Assembly (NCBI GenBank): GCA_013239625.1 | Contig: MU055744.1 | Location: 1,270,355-1,334,354 of the forward strand | Origin: Lama guanicoe | Taxonomy: Eukaryota | Reading direction: 5' to 3' | Length of the DNA: 64,000 nt | Part shown: piece after piece, positions 35,230 through 46,342 of the stretch | Layout: every line of letters starts with the position of its first letter | Numbering within the stretch: position 1 is the first letter of the stretch | The notes under the pieces: model-generated | Databases searched by the model: none | What the model was told of the DNA's origin: nothing | What the model saw: only the letters and a program-made list of their open reading frames with translations | Position numbers and translations under genes: made by a program

Positions 35230-35949
35230 GACCTCAGTTGGCTGTAACAGCAACATATTCTGGTGACCTGTCCTTTGTGCCGAGCACCAGCTGGGCCACC
35301 CTTGGGGGGCTGTGATGACAAGGCCTCTGCCATTGGGCTGAGCGAGGGGGTGCAGGGTGGGGTGGAGGAGCCCCTCTTGTGGCAGGCACCCAAGGCCGGC
35401 CTTGCCCTGTGTCTTTCTAATGTGCTATGGCCTCCTCCCCTCCAGGACCTTTCTTGCCACGATCCCTTGGTTAAGTCCCAGCCCCTTACCTGGTCCTGAG
35501 CAGTTGCCAAGTGCAGCCACATCTCCGACATTTCACACCTAGAGAGGCCGAGCAAGGATGCAAGTGAATGGGCGGGAGGTGCAGACAGCAGGGAGCAGTG
35601 GGGACTGCGGCAAAGGAAAGGAGGGCAGATCACCCTGAGTTGTGCCTAGAGGAGGGCGTGGCCCAGCTGAGCCAGAGAGGGAAGGAGAGGGCTGGGCAGC
35701 CAGGCAGAGGGCCTGCAGGGGAGGACCAAGTTCCTTGCTGGTGGCACGTTAACTACGTGAATGTCCTTGGAGAGGCCTTCCCCTCCGTCTTACCCAGAGT
35801 GTCCCGCACCACCACCACTTTCTACTCCTGTATCCTCCTTGCACTCTCTTTTCCGTGACGCATCCTCAGTGATCAGAGTTAGTTCAGGATAGGTTGAAAT
35901 CTTGGGGCCCTCCCTGGTAACCGCAGATGCTGCTCCCTGGGCACCCGCC

Positions 35950-36045
35950 AAGCACCAGACATGACATGGCGACTCTGGTCTGGCTCTATGCCAGCGAGCA
36001 GAGTCGGCCAGGCACATAGTAGGTGCTCAGCAAATGCCGGCTTGG
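35950..36045 (+). mobile_element. L2 3' tail
   Basis: 'ccaggcacatagtaggtgctcagcaaatg'. Confidence 0.6.
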
Positions 36046-37077
36046 AGGCCTGACCGGCCTCCCTGGCTGTGCTGTGATGCCAGCCGGGGCTGGGGAGGAA
36101 GTGCCACATCAGGATCCGTGCAGAGGACAGAATTGCTTTTGATAGGACATTAGATAATTAATTCCAGTCTGGGATGAAAATACAGAATGTTGAATTATAC
36201 ATTTTGGCGGTAGCTGTGCTAGGGAGGACCTGGAAACACTGGGGGCTGCTGGGGGCTCCCCGAGCTGTGGGCTCTTTCTCTGGGTCCCCCCTTCCCCGCA
36301 GTCCCTGCTGTGGGCTGTGGGCCTGGGGTGGGGGTTCCGGGGAGGCTGGTCAAGGAGTCAAGGCCCCTCCGTCCCCGTGTCCACCTGCTGTCCCTGCTGG
36401 TGCTCCGGGGAAGACCGTTTAAGGAGACGCTGGCGAGCCTTAGAAGGCTCATGACGGGACTCGAACCCGTGGAGCCTGGTTCTGAGAACCAAGTCCCCGT
36501 CACCGGACTGTCAGCGGGGCCCCCGACGGGGGGCTGTGTTCTCGGGGTTCCGGAGCTGGTGGGTCCCTTCCATCCTCCTCCTGGGGAGGATCCTCGTGGA
36601 TAGAGAACAACCCAGAGCACGAGAGGAAGGGCCTTGTCAGGGGTCAGCTGTGTCCAGCCACCAGCAGACAAGGGTTCAGGCCTCTGGACGTCTGCGTCCC
36701 TCTGTGTCTGGAGCCTGGTGTCCTGGAGGTGCTTTGCTGGCAGCGTAATTCTTACAGCTGCGCTGCTGGCGGGAAAAGCCTGCCAGTCGGGGTTCAGGGA
36801 CCGGCTCGGCCACATGGGGCCGCTTGGTGACACGGGGGAGGCGTGACCCCTCAGCATCTGCCACAGCCCCTCTGTGGGTCCACCCTCTGTGGGTGGAGCT
36901 GCGGCTCTGGTCACTGGAGCGTCTGAGCACTGACACCTGCGCGGGGGACCTGTAGAGATCCAGACTCAGAGTTCTCATCTGCCTCCCGTCAGTTCTAAGG
37001 TCAGCGACCTGGAGGGATGACAGACGGGGGCACCGGGCGGGCTGCCCACCCCTGCACAACCCCAGGGCAGCCCCCCT

Positions 37078-37355
37078 TAAATAGATGCTGTTTTTAGGAC
37101 AGTGTTGGGTTTACAGAGGAACTGAGAAGATGCTGCAGAGTTCCCGTCCCCCGCACCCAGCCTCCCTTCAGTGCCGGCATCTACGTTAGTGTGGGGCACG
37201 GCGGTAACTGATCAGCCAGCGTGGACGTGCTGGCTTCACATTTCCCTCGTTTTCCCCAGTGTCCTCTGTCCCGGGACCCCATCAAGGCCCCACATGACAA
37301 GTAACCGTCTGGTGCCCTCGGGCTCCTCGGGGCTGGGACAGTTGGCAGCCCCCTT
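37078..37355 (-). mobile_element. L1 (L1MC/MD-like) 3'UTR
   Basis: 'ttaaatagat...tttttaggacagtgttgggtttacagaggaactgagaagatg...ggctcctcggggctgggacagtt'. Confidence 0.75.
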
Positions 37356-37924
37356 TTCGCTGTTTTACAGACTAGATTCCTCCCGGAGACAGCGTGCCTC
37401 GTGCTCTTCCCGGCCGTGGCCCTCGTCCGGCCAGGGGTGCGGGTGGCTCGTCCCTCGGCTGCCCTCCCCAGGCAGAGGCTCTGCCTTCCCCTCCCCCCAA
37501 ACGCATCGCTGGACCCTACCTGAGGTAGGAAGAAAATCCACCGTGATGGGCCAGGCTTAAGCAGGAATTGAGATGGTACTGCTCTTCGGGAAGCGATCCG
37601 GAGCTTTGTCCGTGGCTGTTTTCCGTCTCTTTCCCCAATCACAGTGCGCAGGGGGAAACCACTTCAGACTGCCTTCCTGCGCGGGCTTCCTTGGCACAAA
37701 GGGGGCTTGCAGATGCCGGGCAGCAGGGACTCGTGGGCTGACACTGCTTCGGGAAGGAGAGAGGTTCTTCGTGGGCCGTGTGTGGTGTCAGGTGCTCGGT
37801 GAGGCAGGGCCCTGGGCCCGACCCCGAGGCCACCCTGTGGGAAGGTTGCCTTCATTTGTGGTGAGCCTGCTGCGTGTACGCTGGCACTCTGACACCCAGC
37901 GGACTCCTGTTCATCCCTCGGGTC

Positions 37925-38240
37925 TTACTTAGGTTGAGTGGCACCTCCTCCAGGAGGCCTTCCCTGATGCCATCCTCTCCCCACCCCGTCTTGTCCCTGT
38001 CATGTTGAGCAGCCACCTCTGGTCTGTTGTCCCTAGCGCAGTGCTTGGCATGTCCCAGCTACTCCTTGAACACTGCTGAGGTGAGGAAGGGCGAGTCCCC
38101 AGCCGACTGTCAGCCCCACGTTACAGATGAGGGCCTGGGACCGCCAGGGCTTAGGGTGTTGCCGAGATGGCGGGGACAGTTCCTAGCTGGATACAGAGCT
38201 GGGTTAGTGACGCCAAACCTGGCGCTCTGCCCCGCTTCCA
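37925..38240. mobile_element. L2 fragment (+) followed by MIR fragment (-)
   Basis: 'cacctcctccaggaggccttccctga...cctagcgcagtgcttggcat' and 'cccacgttacagatgagg'. Confidence 0.55.
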
Positions 38241-38550
38241 CGGCTGAACCACAGGGACCCTGGGATGGGTGGCAGAGCCCCCCACCCCTGCTCCCTCCTG
38301 CAGGGGCCAGAGGCTGAATCCCGCGATGTCTGAGCAGGGAGGGCGGGTGCCCCACACCCAGGGATCAGCCACTGCCCTCAGCTCCTCCCGCCCCTGCCTT
38401 TGGACACCCCCCCGCCCCCACAAGAACGAGGGCCCCCCGCTGTGGGCAGTGTGGTGCGGCTGCTGCTGGGGGTGCCCCCTCCCCGAGGTGTGTTCCTGGG
38501 AGGTTTTTCCCTGGCTGGCGGGGGCAGGGTCTGCAGGCCCGCCTCTTAGG

Positions 38551-39017
38551 GTGGTCCTGTCAGCTCAGGGCGCTGTGACAGACATGCTGTAGACCGGGTG
38601 GCTGAAACAGGACACGTATGCCTCACATCTCTGGCTGCTGGAAGTCTGAGATCAGAGTCCCCACGTGGTCAGCTTCTGCTGGGGGCTCTCTCCCTGCTTG
38701 GCAGAGGGCTGCTTTCTTGCTGTGTCTTCATGTGTTGAAGAGACAGAGAGAGAGAGAGACCACCTCTCTTCAGTCTGTTCTTTTTAATTTGTAATTTTAA
38801 TTTTTTCCCTTAACAGAGGCACTGGGGATTGAACCCAGGACCTCGCGTACGCCAAGCACATGCTCTACCACTGCGCTCCTCCCTCACCCAGGTCTGTTCT
38901 TCTAAGGGCATTAATCCTTTTCATGAGGCTCCACCTTCAGGACCTCATCACCTCCAAAGGCAGTCACGTCGGGGGTTAGGGCTTCAGTGTATGAACTGGC
39001 ACAAATGTTCAGTCCAC
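38551..39017 (-). mobile_element. MaLR solo LTR (MLT1A-like), interrupted by a SINE
   Basis: 'agaccgggtggctgaaac...gctggaagtctgagatcag...taagggcattaatcc...catgaggctccacc...gggggttagggcttca'. Confidence 0.85.
38783..38891 (-). mobile_element. tRNA-derived SINE, camelid Vic-1 type
   Basis: Minus strand reads 'gagcgcagtggtagagcatgtgcttggcgtacgcgaggtcctgggttcaatccccagtgcctc' plus an A-rich tail. It has an A-box remnant and B box GGTTCAATCC, with a 10-bp TSD gtctgttctt at 38773-38782 and 38892-38901. Confidence 0.9.
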
Positions 39018-39689
39018 AGTGAAGGGTGACTGCTGTCCGGTGACACCCACAGGAGACTTGGAGGTGGGGGAAGTGGAGGCTGTCCCCCCGGAGGGGCAGA
39101 GGTGATGACTGTGACTGTGATGGCGACTCCGCAGAGCGGGTACACCTGCTCCGCCGTGTGGGTCTGTATCACCTCCATTTCTCTGGTGGGGTGTCAGGGA
39201 CTCAGCTGCACTGAGTACCAGCTCCTTGGCTGGGGGTGGGTGGGGACCCCCATCACTCAGACTCGGAACGACCTTTCTTAATGCTCAGCTGCTGTCAGAC
39301 CTTTCCAGAAACACCCACCCAGCCATTAAAAGGCTTGGATTTGCCGCTTGGTCCTGTAATTTGTGGAGCTGCTCCAGGCCATCCTCATGCAGATTCGAGG
39401 CTGCTACAGTGCCGGCGGTTGAACCTGATATCCTTGTTCCCCTTCCCCGGTTTGTCAGCAGAGATGTCAGCAGAGCTGGGAGCCTGCGAACACAGCACAG
39501 GCTGGGCTCCTCCCTGCACCAGGAGCAAGGGCCGGAGAGCCACACCCTCCTTCATCATCAGAAGCTCCAGGGAGAGAGTGGAGAAAATACCGCGGGGCTC
39601 CTCAGGCCCTCCCCGGCGCTGGCGTCAGGCAGGTGCGAGGAGTAGGCGAGGGCTGATCCAGCAGAGGAGAGATTCACGCCGCTCAGTGA

Positions 39690-39930
39690 GCGGGGTTGTG
39701 CTTGCAGTTAATAACCGAGTTCCTCAGTCATCGCTTCAGAGATAAGTGTGTATATTGAAAAATTATTGCCGCAGTAAAGAGACACAATTTTTGTTCCCCT
39801 TCCCGTTAAAATGGCCATTAATCAGGGAGGGCAGTGAGGCAGCTCTGAAATCCATCGGCCCTCTCCAGGTAATGACTGCTGTCACCTCGCCCCCATTAGC
39901 AAGCCGGGAGTTTGACAAATGGAGGACGCT
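39690..39930. promoter_or_regulatory. AT-rich motif-dense island, candidate conserved enhancer
   Basis: AGATAAG (GATA), CCATTAATCAG, GTAATGA, CCATTAGC and CTGTCA/TGACA (TALE class); no repeat similarity recognised. Confidence 0.55.
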
Positions 39931-40180
39931 CTAAGCCTGGAGCCCATGAGCCAGAAATGCTGGGGCAGGTGGAGGGGGGCTGGTGGAGGGGGGCTGGGGG
40001 ATTTCCGGGTGAGGCTCAGACCAGAGGCTGAGGCGCCAATCAGACCATCCCAGTTCTCAGCCTTCTCTACCACTGCATGTAGGTGACCACTCTGACCCTG
40101 TCTCTTCCTCTAACAAGGGCACTGCAACAGTCACCTCATTGGACAGTTCAGGATTCAGTGAGGCGGTGGGCCCAGTGCCG

Positions 40181-40463
40181 GGCTCATTGTCAGGGCTCAG
40201 GCTCGGGGTCAGGCTCAGGCTCGGGGTCAGGCTCAGGCTCATTGTCAGGACTCAGGCTCGGGGTCAGGGCTCAGGCTTGGGGCCAGGGGTCAGGCTCATT
40301 GTCAGGGCTCAGGCTCGGGGTCAGGCTCAGGCTCATCGGGGTCAGGGCTCAGGCTCATTGTCAGGACTCAGGCTCGGGGTCAGGCTCGGGGTCAGGGCTC
40401 AGGCTCGGGGTCAGGCTCAGGCTCGGGGTCAGGGGTCAGGCTCGGGGTCAGGGCTCAGGCTCA
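40181..40463. repeat. Minisatellite of GGCTCA/GGCTCG/GGGTCA hexamers
   Basis: Hexamer variants form an 18-mer; GGCTCATTGTCAGG recurs at 40181, 40236, 40293 and 40352. Confidence 0.95.
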
Positions 40464-40779
40464 CTTGCGTGTCGGCTCAATCAAGGAGGCTGCTGCTTGG
40501 TGTGGTGCTCTGAGCTCCGCTCCTGAGCTGACACTCAGCAGCATTGCCAGGTTGCCTGCGGGAGTGGGTGTGTCCCAGCCTCTGGGGAGTGTGGCCTGGC
40601 ATCCTCTGGACTGTGTGCTGGGGGACTGCCACTGTCCCGGCACCCGGTGTCCCCAGCTGCAGTTCGAGGGTGTGGGGTGGGTGGTGAACAGAATCCACTC
40701 CCTGTTTCTCTGCAACTTCTTGTAAGTCTGAGGGGGAGGCATGTCACTCCTCAGTGAAAAGACAGAAGACACCTCTTAG

Positions 40780-40920
40780 GAAGGGCTTGGGGTCAGACAG
40801 CCCGGAGCCGCCTCTTACCGTTGGTCCCTGGTAAGTGAGGTCCCCTGTCGGGGTCTCAGTTTCCTCACCTGGAAAATGGGGATGTTGGTCCTGACCCCAT
40901 AGGACTGTGATGGGGTCAGA
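40780..40920 (+). mobile_element. MIR SINE
   Basis: 'gggcttggggtcagacag...gtctcagtttcctcacctggaaaatggggatg...cataggactgtgatg'. Confidence 0.7.
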
Positions 40921-43900
40921 CCACCCAGGCGCCGCAGGAATTGATGTAACAGCAGAGCCAGGTGTGGCTGGGGTGGGGGCAGGCTGTGTAAACGCCTCCT
41001 GTCCGGACTCCTGGTTCGCCGTCTCCACCACCAGAAAGAGGGAAGGGAAGAGTGCGGCGGGGGCCTCCTGGAGAGGGCGAGGTCTCCGCGTGGGCCCGGG
41101 CCCCTTCCTGCCCTGCCCCGTGCGGCTCTGTGAGGCGTGTCGGCCTCACAGGCCTGGGCGGGGCGTCTGGTGCTGCCCTGGGGTCCTTGTACCTGCGGCG
41201 CAGTGGCTCACCCCGCTGGGCGGCAGACCTGCGTCGGGTCCACAGGAGCCACGTCCTGCTGGTCTGCAGCTGGGCTTGAGGCGTGGACACACCTGCATCC
41301 GCCTCTTACCTGCCAGGCGGGGGGGGGCCCAGCCTTGCTCCCCTCCAGCAGCAGCCCCGTCCCCGCTGTGAGCACAGGGAGGAGGGTGGGCGTGTCAGGG
41401 TGAATGAGTGAGCTGCGTTCGCAGACAGTGAGTGGCCGGGGCGCGGCCCATCCAGCTGCCCCCAGAGTCTGCTGCGGGTGGATGGGCTTCCTGGCCTCCG
41501 GGAGCCGCAGGGCCTCACTGGGCAAGCCTGCTCCTAGGCCTGGAGGCGGGAAGTGTGATCTGCTGCTCTGCTGTCTGCTGGCCTCAGACCAGGGGTGGGG
41601 GCGAGCGGCCTTTCTGCAGCAGGGCCGGGAGAGGGTCTGGGAGCCCGCAGCCCGAGGGGTGAGCTGGTCCCCCTCTGCCCAGCACGCGCCACCCGTGCGT
41701 CACCCCCCGCCCCACGCCTCAGTCGCTCGTCTGTGAAAGGGAAGAGCAGCAAGAGGGTCTCATGGAGGGAGGGGGCTGTGAGGGACTGAGGCGGGGTAAG
41801 CCTGGTGAAGGCTGGGCGAGGGGAGGCCTGCCAGCCGCTGGCCGCGGTCGTCAGCGAGGCCGGCCAGCGGGGCTCTCCCGGCATCCCTGCCGCCCAGACT
41901 GGGCCTGCCTGGAAGTCAGCGGCGGCCTTCGCACGTCCCTTACATCCCCTTAGGTGGACTTCAGGCCTCCCACCTGCAGATTGAAGAATGTGGGCCGGAT
42001 GGTCGCTAAGCTCCTTCCACCAAGGATTTTAAGCTTCCCTGGCCGATCCTGCCAGCCTTCCTGACTGGCAGCCGCTGAAGTGCAGGCCGCACCTGGTCCT
42101 GTCCCAGTCCTGGGACCGTAGGCGGCCGGCGCGCAGCGGCTCCTGAGACCGCCCGGTCCTGGCATCGCTCAGGGTGGACGCAGCTTTCTTCTCGCCCGCC
42201 GGAGCGTGTTCGTAGGCAGAGGCCGGTCCTGTCTGGGTCCGGGCCTCTCTGCTGCTTTGCTGGGAATCACAGGTATTTAAAATACGCCTGTTGCGAGGCC
42301 AGCCCAGCGTAGGCATGTACAGACGAGCCCGGTCAGGGTCGTGTGCCTTCCCTTCCGCCCGCACCTGTCTCCCTCCATGAGCCACGGACTCTGTCTGTTG
42401 AAGGGGCCTCGAGCCCCCGCTGGGAGGCTTCCTGGAGGGGCGCACTGCTCCGGTGCTCCGTCTGTACCCGGCCCCTCGCTGGGTCCACGAGGCCACCTGG
42501 GTCCAGCCTCCCTTCCAGCTTCTCCTCTCCTGGTTCCCATGGTGTACGGAGTGCCTCCCCCGGCCTTTCCTGCCCTGGCTGGGCCCTGGGCTTCCTTCTC
42601 CTCCGGAGGTGTCAGAGGCTGGGTCGCCACCCTCCCACACTGGCCGGGGCAGCTGGCACCTTAGCTGGCGGCAGTGGGAAGGGGGTGGTGCCAAGGAGCG
42701 GGGTCAGGCCCTCTCTACCAGCTCTCCCAGGGGTGTCACGAAGGAGGGGAAATTAAATCTCAGCTCTCCAGCCAACACAGCCTCGGAGGCACAGAGAAGG
42801 TGGGGTGCTGGGATCAGAGAACTCAGGGTGGAACTGGGGCTGGCCCCTGCCCTCGCACCATCTCCCGTCCTGGGCTTAATGTAGTGGTCACCTGGGTCTC
42901 CAAGGCCCTGGGCCGTGTCCAGTCCACTTCCCCACGCCCCTGGCCCTGGGCGGTTCACAGCTCTGACATCCCGGCCCCCTCCTCCAGGGGCTCCCCCTGC
43001 CCTTTGGATCTGCCCTGTGCACCATGACGGGACTGTCAGACATGATCTGAGCCATGGGAACGCCAGACCGGAGTCTCAGCCTTCATTCCCAGTAGGAAGT
43101 TGAGGCCGGAGGGGTGGGGCAGAGCCAGGACGCAGCCCGCATCTGTCCTGACCACCCCGCCTCGGGTGAGGTCGGGGCCGGGGGGGTGGCTGAGACAGAC
43201 ACTCAGCGTCCTTGCTCTTGTGGGGCCTCCTTCATGGTTTAGGAGCCAGGCTCGGGCGTCCCCACCCCTAGATGTGAGACCTCGCTCGTGTCCCCGTACG
43301 TCGCTGAGCTTCCCTTTTCTCAACTTGCAAGGGTGAGCAGCGCTGTCCCCGGGTGGGTGGCTGTGGAGACAGCGGGACCCTTGCACAGAGAGAGCCGAGG
43401 GCGTGTGCGATGCTGGCTGCCCTGGGGGCAGAGGGGTGCGAAGCTGCCGTCAGGGGCCCAGGAGCGAGCGGGGCTCGGGGATCCCTCCATGTTGGCCTTC
43501 ATCTGTTCATCTGTCCGCGCCCCAGATGCCACCACCCACAGGGTACGGGGCTTGAAGATCAGGCTGCTGGTGCCCGAGGCTCGGGGTGGCCTCCTCCCCC
43601 TGCCTGTGAGGGTCCCACTGAGTGAGGGAGCGCAGCTGTGTTTGGGGTACTGTTTCAGATCTCACCGAAGCCCAGTTTCGGGGCAGGAAGGAGCACTGGG
43701 CCGATTCTGAGCGGGTCGTAGACTTTTTCAGCCTTTTTCTTTCCTCCTAAATCGCTTTCAAGCTCAGACCCTCCCTCCAAGTGCTGCCCCCTTCGAGGCT
43801 GTCACAGGTCGCCTGGCTCTGCTGAGTGGCATTTTTCATTTTGCCGTTTTGCTGTCTTGGGGTCTGGGGTCCAGCTCCCTCCGGTTTCTCTGCATCCTTT

Positions 43901-44039
43901 CGGCTCCCTCGAGGGAAAACCCCATCCATCAGGTACCGTGGCGCCACCGTGCAGAAGGTGATGGCTGAGAGGTGGCCGGTCCCCCAGTCACTTTTGTTTC
44001 CCGGCTTCTCCGTGAGGCAGAGCTTGAACCCGAGCTGGG

Positions 44040-44400
44040 GCTGCATGTGATTCATAATGAATCATTCCTCGCCGGCCACTTGTCATTCCAAAGGCAACAG
44101 CGCAGGTTTTGTGACCTTGTTCTCCGAGGTGAGAAGAGAAGAAAACCAAGGGCCACGCGGGCCGAGCTGGGGAAAGCAACAATTTGCTTCTAAACATGCA
44201 GCGGAGGTGGCTGCAGATTTCCCCGGCAGGTAGGCGAGTTTCCGGGGCAACGTCTTTAAATGGGTTTGGTAATCTTCCCGTTCGGCTCGTGGAGCTGCCT
44301 GTGTGTTTCCCGATGCTGGTCCTGTCTGATAAGGACGTCTTCCTGGTCTGCGCTCTTCCTGCTGAATGATTGCTGATGAGGGCGGGGAGGCGGGGCTGGT
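44040..44400. promoter_or_regulatory. Candidate enhancer with inverted repeat, GATA and ETS motifs
   Basis: TGATTCAT-A-ATGAATCA at 44048-44064; AACAAT; CTGATAAG followed by two CTTCCT. Confidence 0.4.
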
Positions 44401-44929
44401 GGACTCGTCCCCTTGCCCGCTGACTGGCAATTGGGCGCCTTGTTGCCAGCACCCAGGAGCCTGGCGCTTTCCAAGGCCGACTTGTATCCATCTCTGTTCT
44501 TCCCCGATCACTTCTGGCCGTTCTGAGGTTCCCGTTCCGAGCTGCAGTGCAGAGCGATGTGCTTTGTGGTGACAGCAAGGCTGCTGTGACAAGATCTGGG
44601 CTGTGAGGGCTTTCACGGGAGGTGGTGGATCCGTTCAAGGCGGTTCCCGGTGGGCAGAGTGCGTGCATGTGTGGCCTCTGCTCCGTGCAGACCGTCTGGG
44701 GCCCAGGCTGGTGGCAGCTCTGCCACCTTTAATGTAGGGCTTGTGAGCCCCGCCCTCCTCCAGGAGAGGGGAGGTCTCATGAGCCAGGCCTGCAAGTGGC
44801 CGCAGGAGAAGTGGGGCGATGTGATCCAGGTGGGGTGCGGGGTCCGTCGCACACTGCAGGCTCCCGCGTGGTGTGTGGCGCAGCGGACAGAAGCTCAGGG
44901 TGGGTAACGCACCATCAGTTCCCAGGGCA

Positions 44930-45090
44930 ACCCTGACGGCTGGTGACCTGGGCAAGTCCTTGCTCTCTCTAGCCCCGTGTCCCCGTCTCATAAATGGAGA
45001 GCTGGGGGAGGAGTGACACATGCGGAAATGACTGTCGTGCTGATCCCAGCTCTTAACACTTGGTCAGGGCTCAGTGAATGGTAGCTCGTG
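44930..45090 (+). mobile_element. MIR SINE fragment
   Basis: 'gtgacctgggcaagtcctt...gtctcataaatgg...gggctcagtgaatggtagct'. Confidence 0.6.
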
Positions 45091-45154
45091 TTCTGGTAAC
45101 TAAGAAGCGGGGATCGCGAGGCAGGCTCCCATTGGCACCTTTGCTGCTGATGCT

Positions 45155-45300
45155 GTCTGTCCATCTGCCCATCCATTCATCCATTTGTCCACCCATCTGT
45201 CCATCCATCCATCCAACCTACCATCCACCATCCATCCACCGTTCACCCACCCATCTGCCTGTCCGTTCGTCTGCCCATCCACCTACTCACCCATATCCTG
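45155..45300. repeat. Degenerate (CCAT)n repeat
   Basis: 'ccatccattcatccat...ccatccatccatccaacctaccatcc'. Confidence 0.85.
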
Positions 45301-45339
45301 AGACGTTCTTTGAGCGTTCTAATTAAAGTCACTCTTTGA

Positions 45340-45890
45340 CTTAAGCCCATCATATAAACTTGGTGAGCTGCGGTTTTTCTCATCTGTGAAATGAGAAGAG
45401 GCAGCTCAGAGCCTGGTTTGGTCAAATGTGATGCCAGCTCCAGAAGAGCTTGGAAAAGCTGAACGTGGGACATGAAATGTGTCCATTGCCTGGGATGCCT
45501 GAGGCGCTCTGCATGGAGCCCCAGGAACCACGGCCTCTGCCCACCCTGTAGGGAAAGAGAGGGGTGTGGAGGCTGGAGGACATTTGTCACAGACCACCCC
45601 CCAAAGGTACAGTGGGGTGGGTAACGGAAGGTTCCCCTCTCAGAGTCACGGCTGACTGTGAGCTCGAGCACATCCGTGGGTCGTGGGCCTCAGATTCCCT
45701 GTCTGTAAAATGGGGCCACAATTGCAGCCCTGCCCATCTCGTGGGAGGGAGCCTCCTGGGGCTCTTAGAGCTCTGAGATGGCGCTTAGCTTATGGAGGGG
45801 CCAAGTGCCCCTGTATCTGGCCCTGTGTCTGTCACGTCCTGGCTACACAGTGCCTGCACTTAGGAGGGTGCGTGAAACGCTTGTTGAGTG
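45340..45890 (+). mobile_element. Two MIR fragments and an L2 tail
   Basis: 'tttcctcatctgtgaaatgag' (about 45375), 'gggcctcagattccctgtctgtaaaatgggg' (about 45685), 'acacagtgcctgcacttagg...ttgttgagtga' (about 45845). Confidence 0.6.
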
Positions 45891-45899
45891 ATTAGTTCA

Positions 45900-46342
45900 G
45901 AGAAGCTAAAATCATCTGTGTCCTCTATACTGAAACAGAAGTTTCATGAAATAATATTTAATTTACTTCTTTTCTCTGGTATTATTTGTCTTGTTGTATC
46001 TCATCCCTTCCCGTCCCACTCCACCCTACTCCATCCCATCCCATCCCACCCCGTCCCTTCCCGTCCCATCCCATNNNNNNNNNNNNNNNNNNNNNNNNNN
46101 NNNNNNNNNNNNNNNNNNNNNNNNNNNNNNNNNNNNNNNNNNNNNNNNNNNNNNNNNNNNNCCATCCCACCCCATCCCATCTCATCCCATTCCGTCCCGT
46201 CCTGTCCCATCCCTTCCCAACCCTTCCCATCGCATCCTTTTTCTTCCCATCCCGTCTTACTTGATTAGAAAAAAATGCCATTAGGACCCTTTGTGAGTTA
46301 ATGCCCCACCAGTGGGTCAGCTCCTGCAGTTTGCAAACTCTG
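45900..46342 (-). mobile_element. hAT-Charlie relic (MER119-like) containing an expanded pentamer repeat
   Basis: Minus strand begins 'cagagtttgcaaactgcagg...gacccactggtggg' and resumes after the repeat with 'tattatttcatgaaacttctgtttcagt'. Confidence 0.55.
46000..46256. repeat. (CCCAT)n pentamer repeat spanning an 87-N gap (46075-46161)
   Basis: cccat/cccgt/ccctt units on both sides of the N run. Confidence 0.95.

Noticed and set aside
38800-38891. tRNA gene
   Set aside because: Degenerate A box and stems, A-rich tail and TSD show it is a SINE.
40181-40463. CRISPR array or true interstitial telomere
   Set aside because: No unique spacers or cas genes, eukaryotic context, and no TTAGGG units.
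40083-40526. Gly-Ser repeat protein-like ORF
   Set aside because: Direct translation of the hexamer minisatellite.
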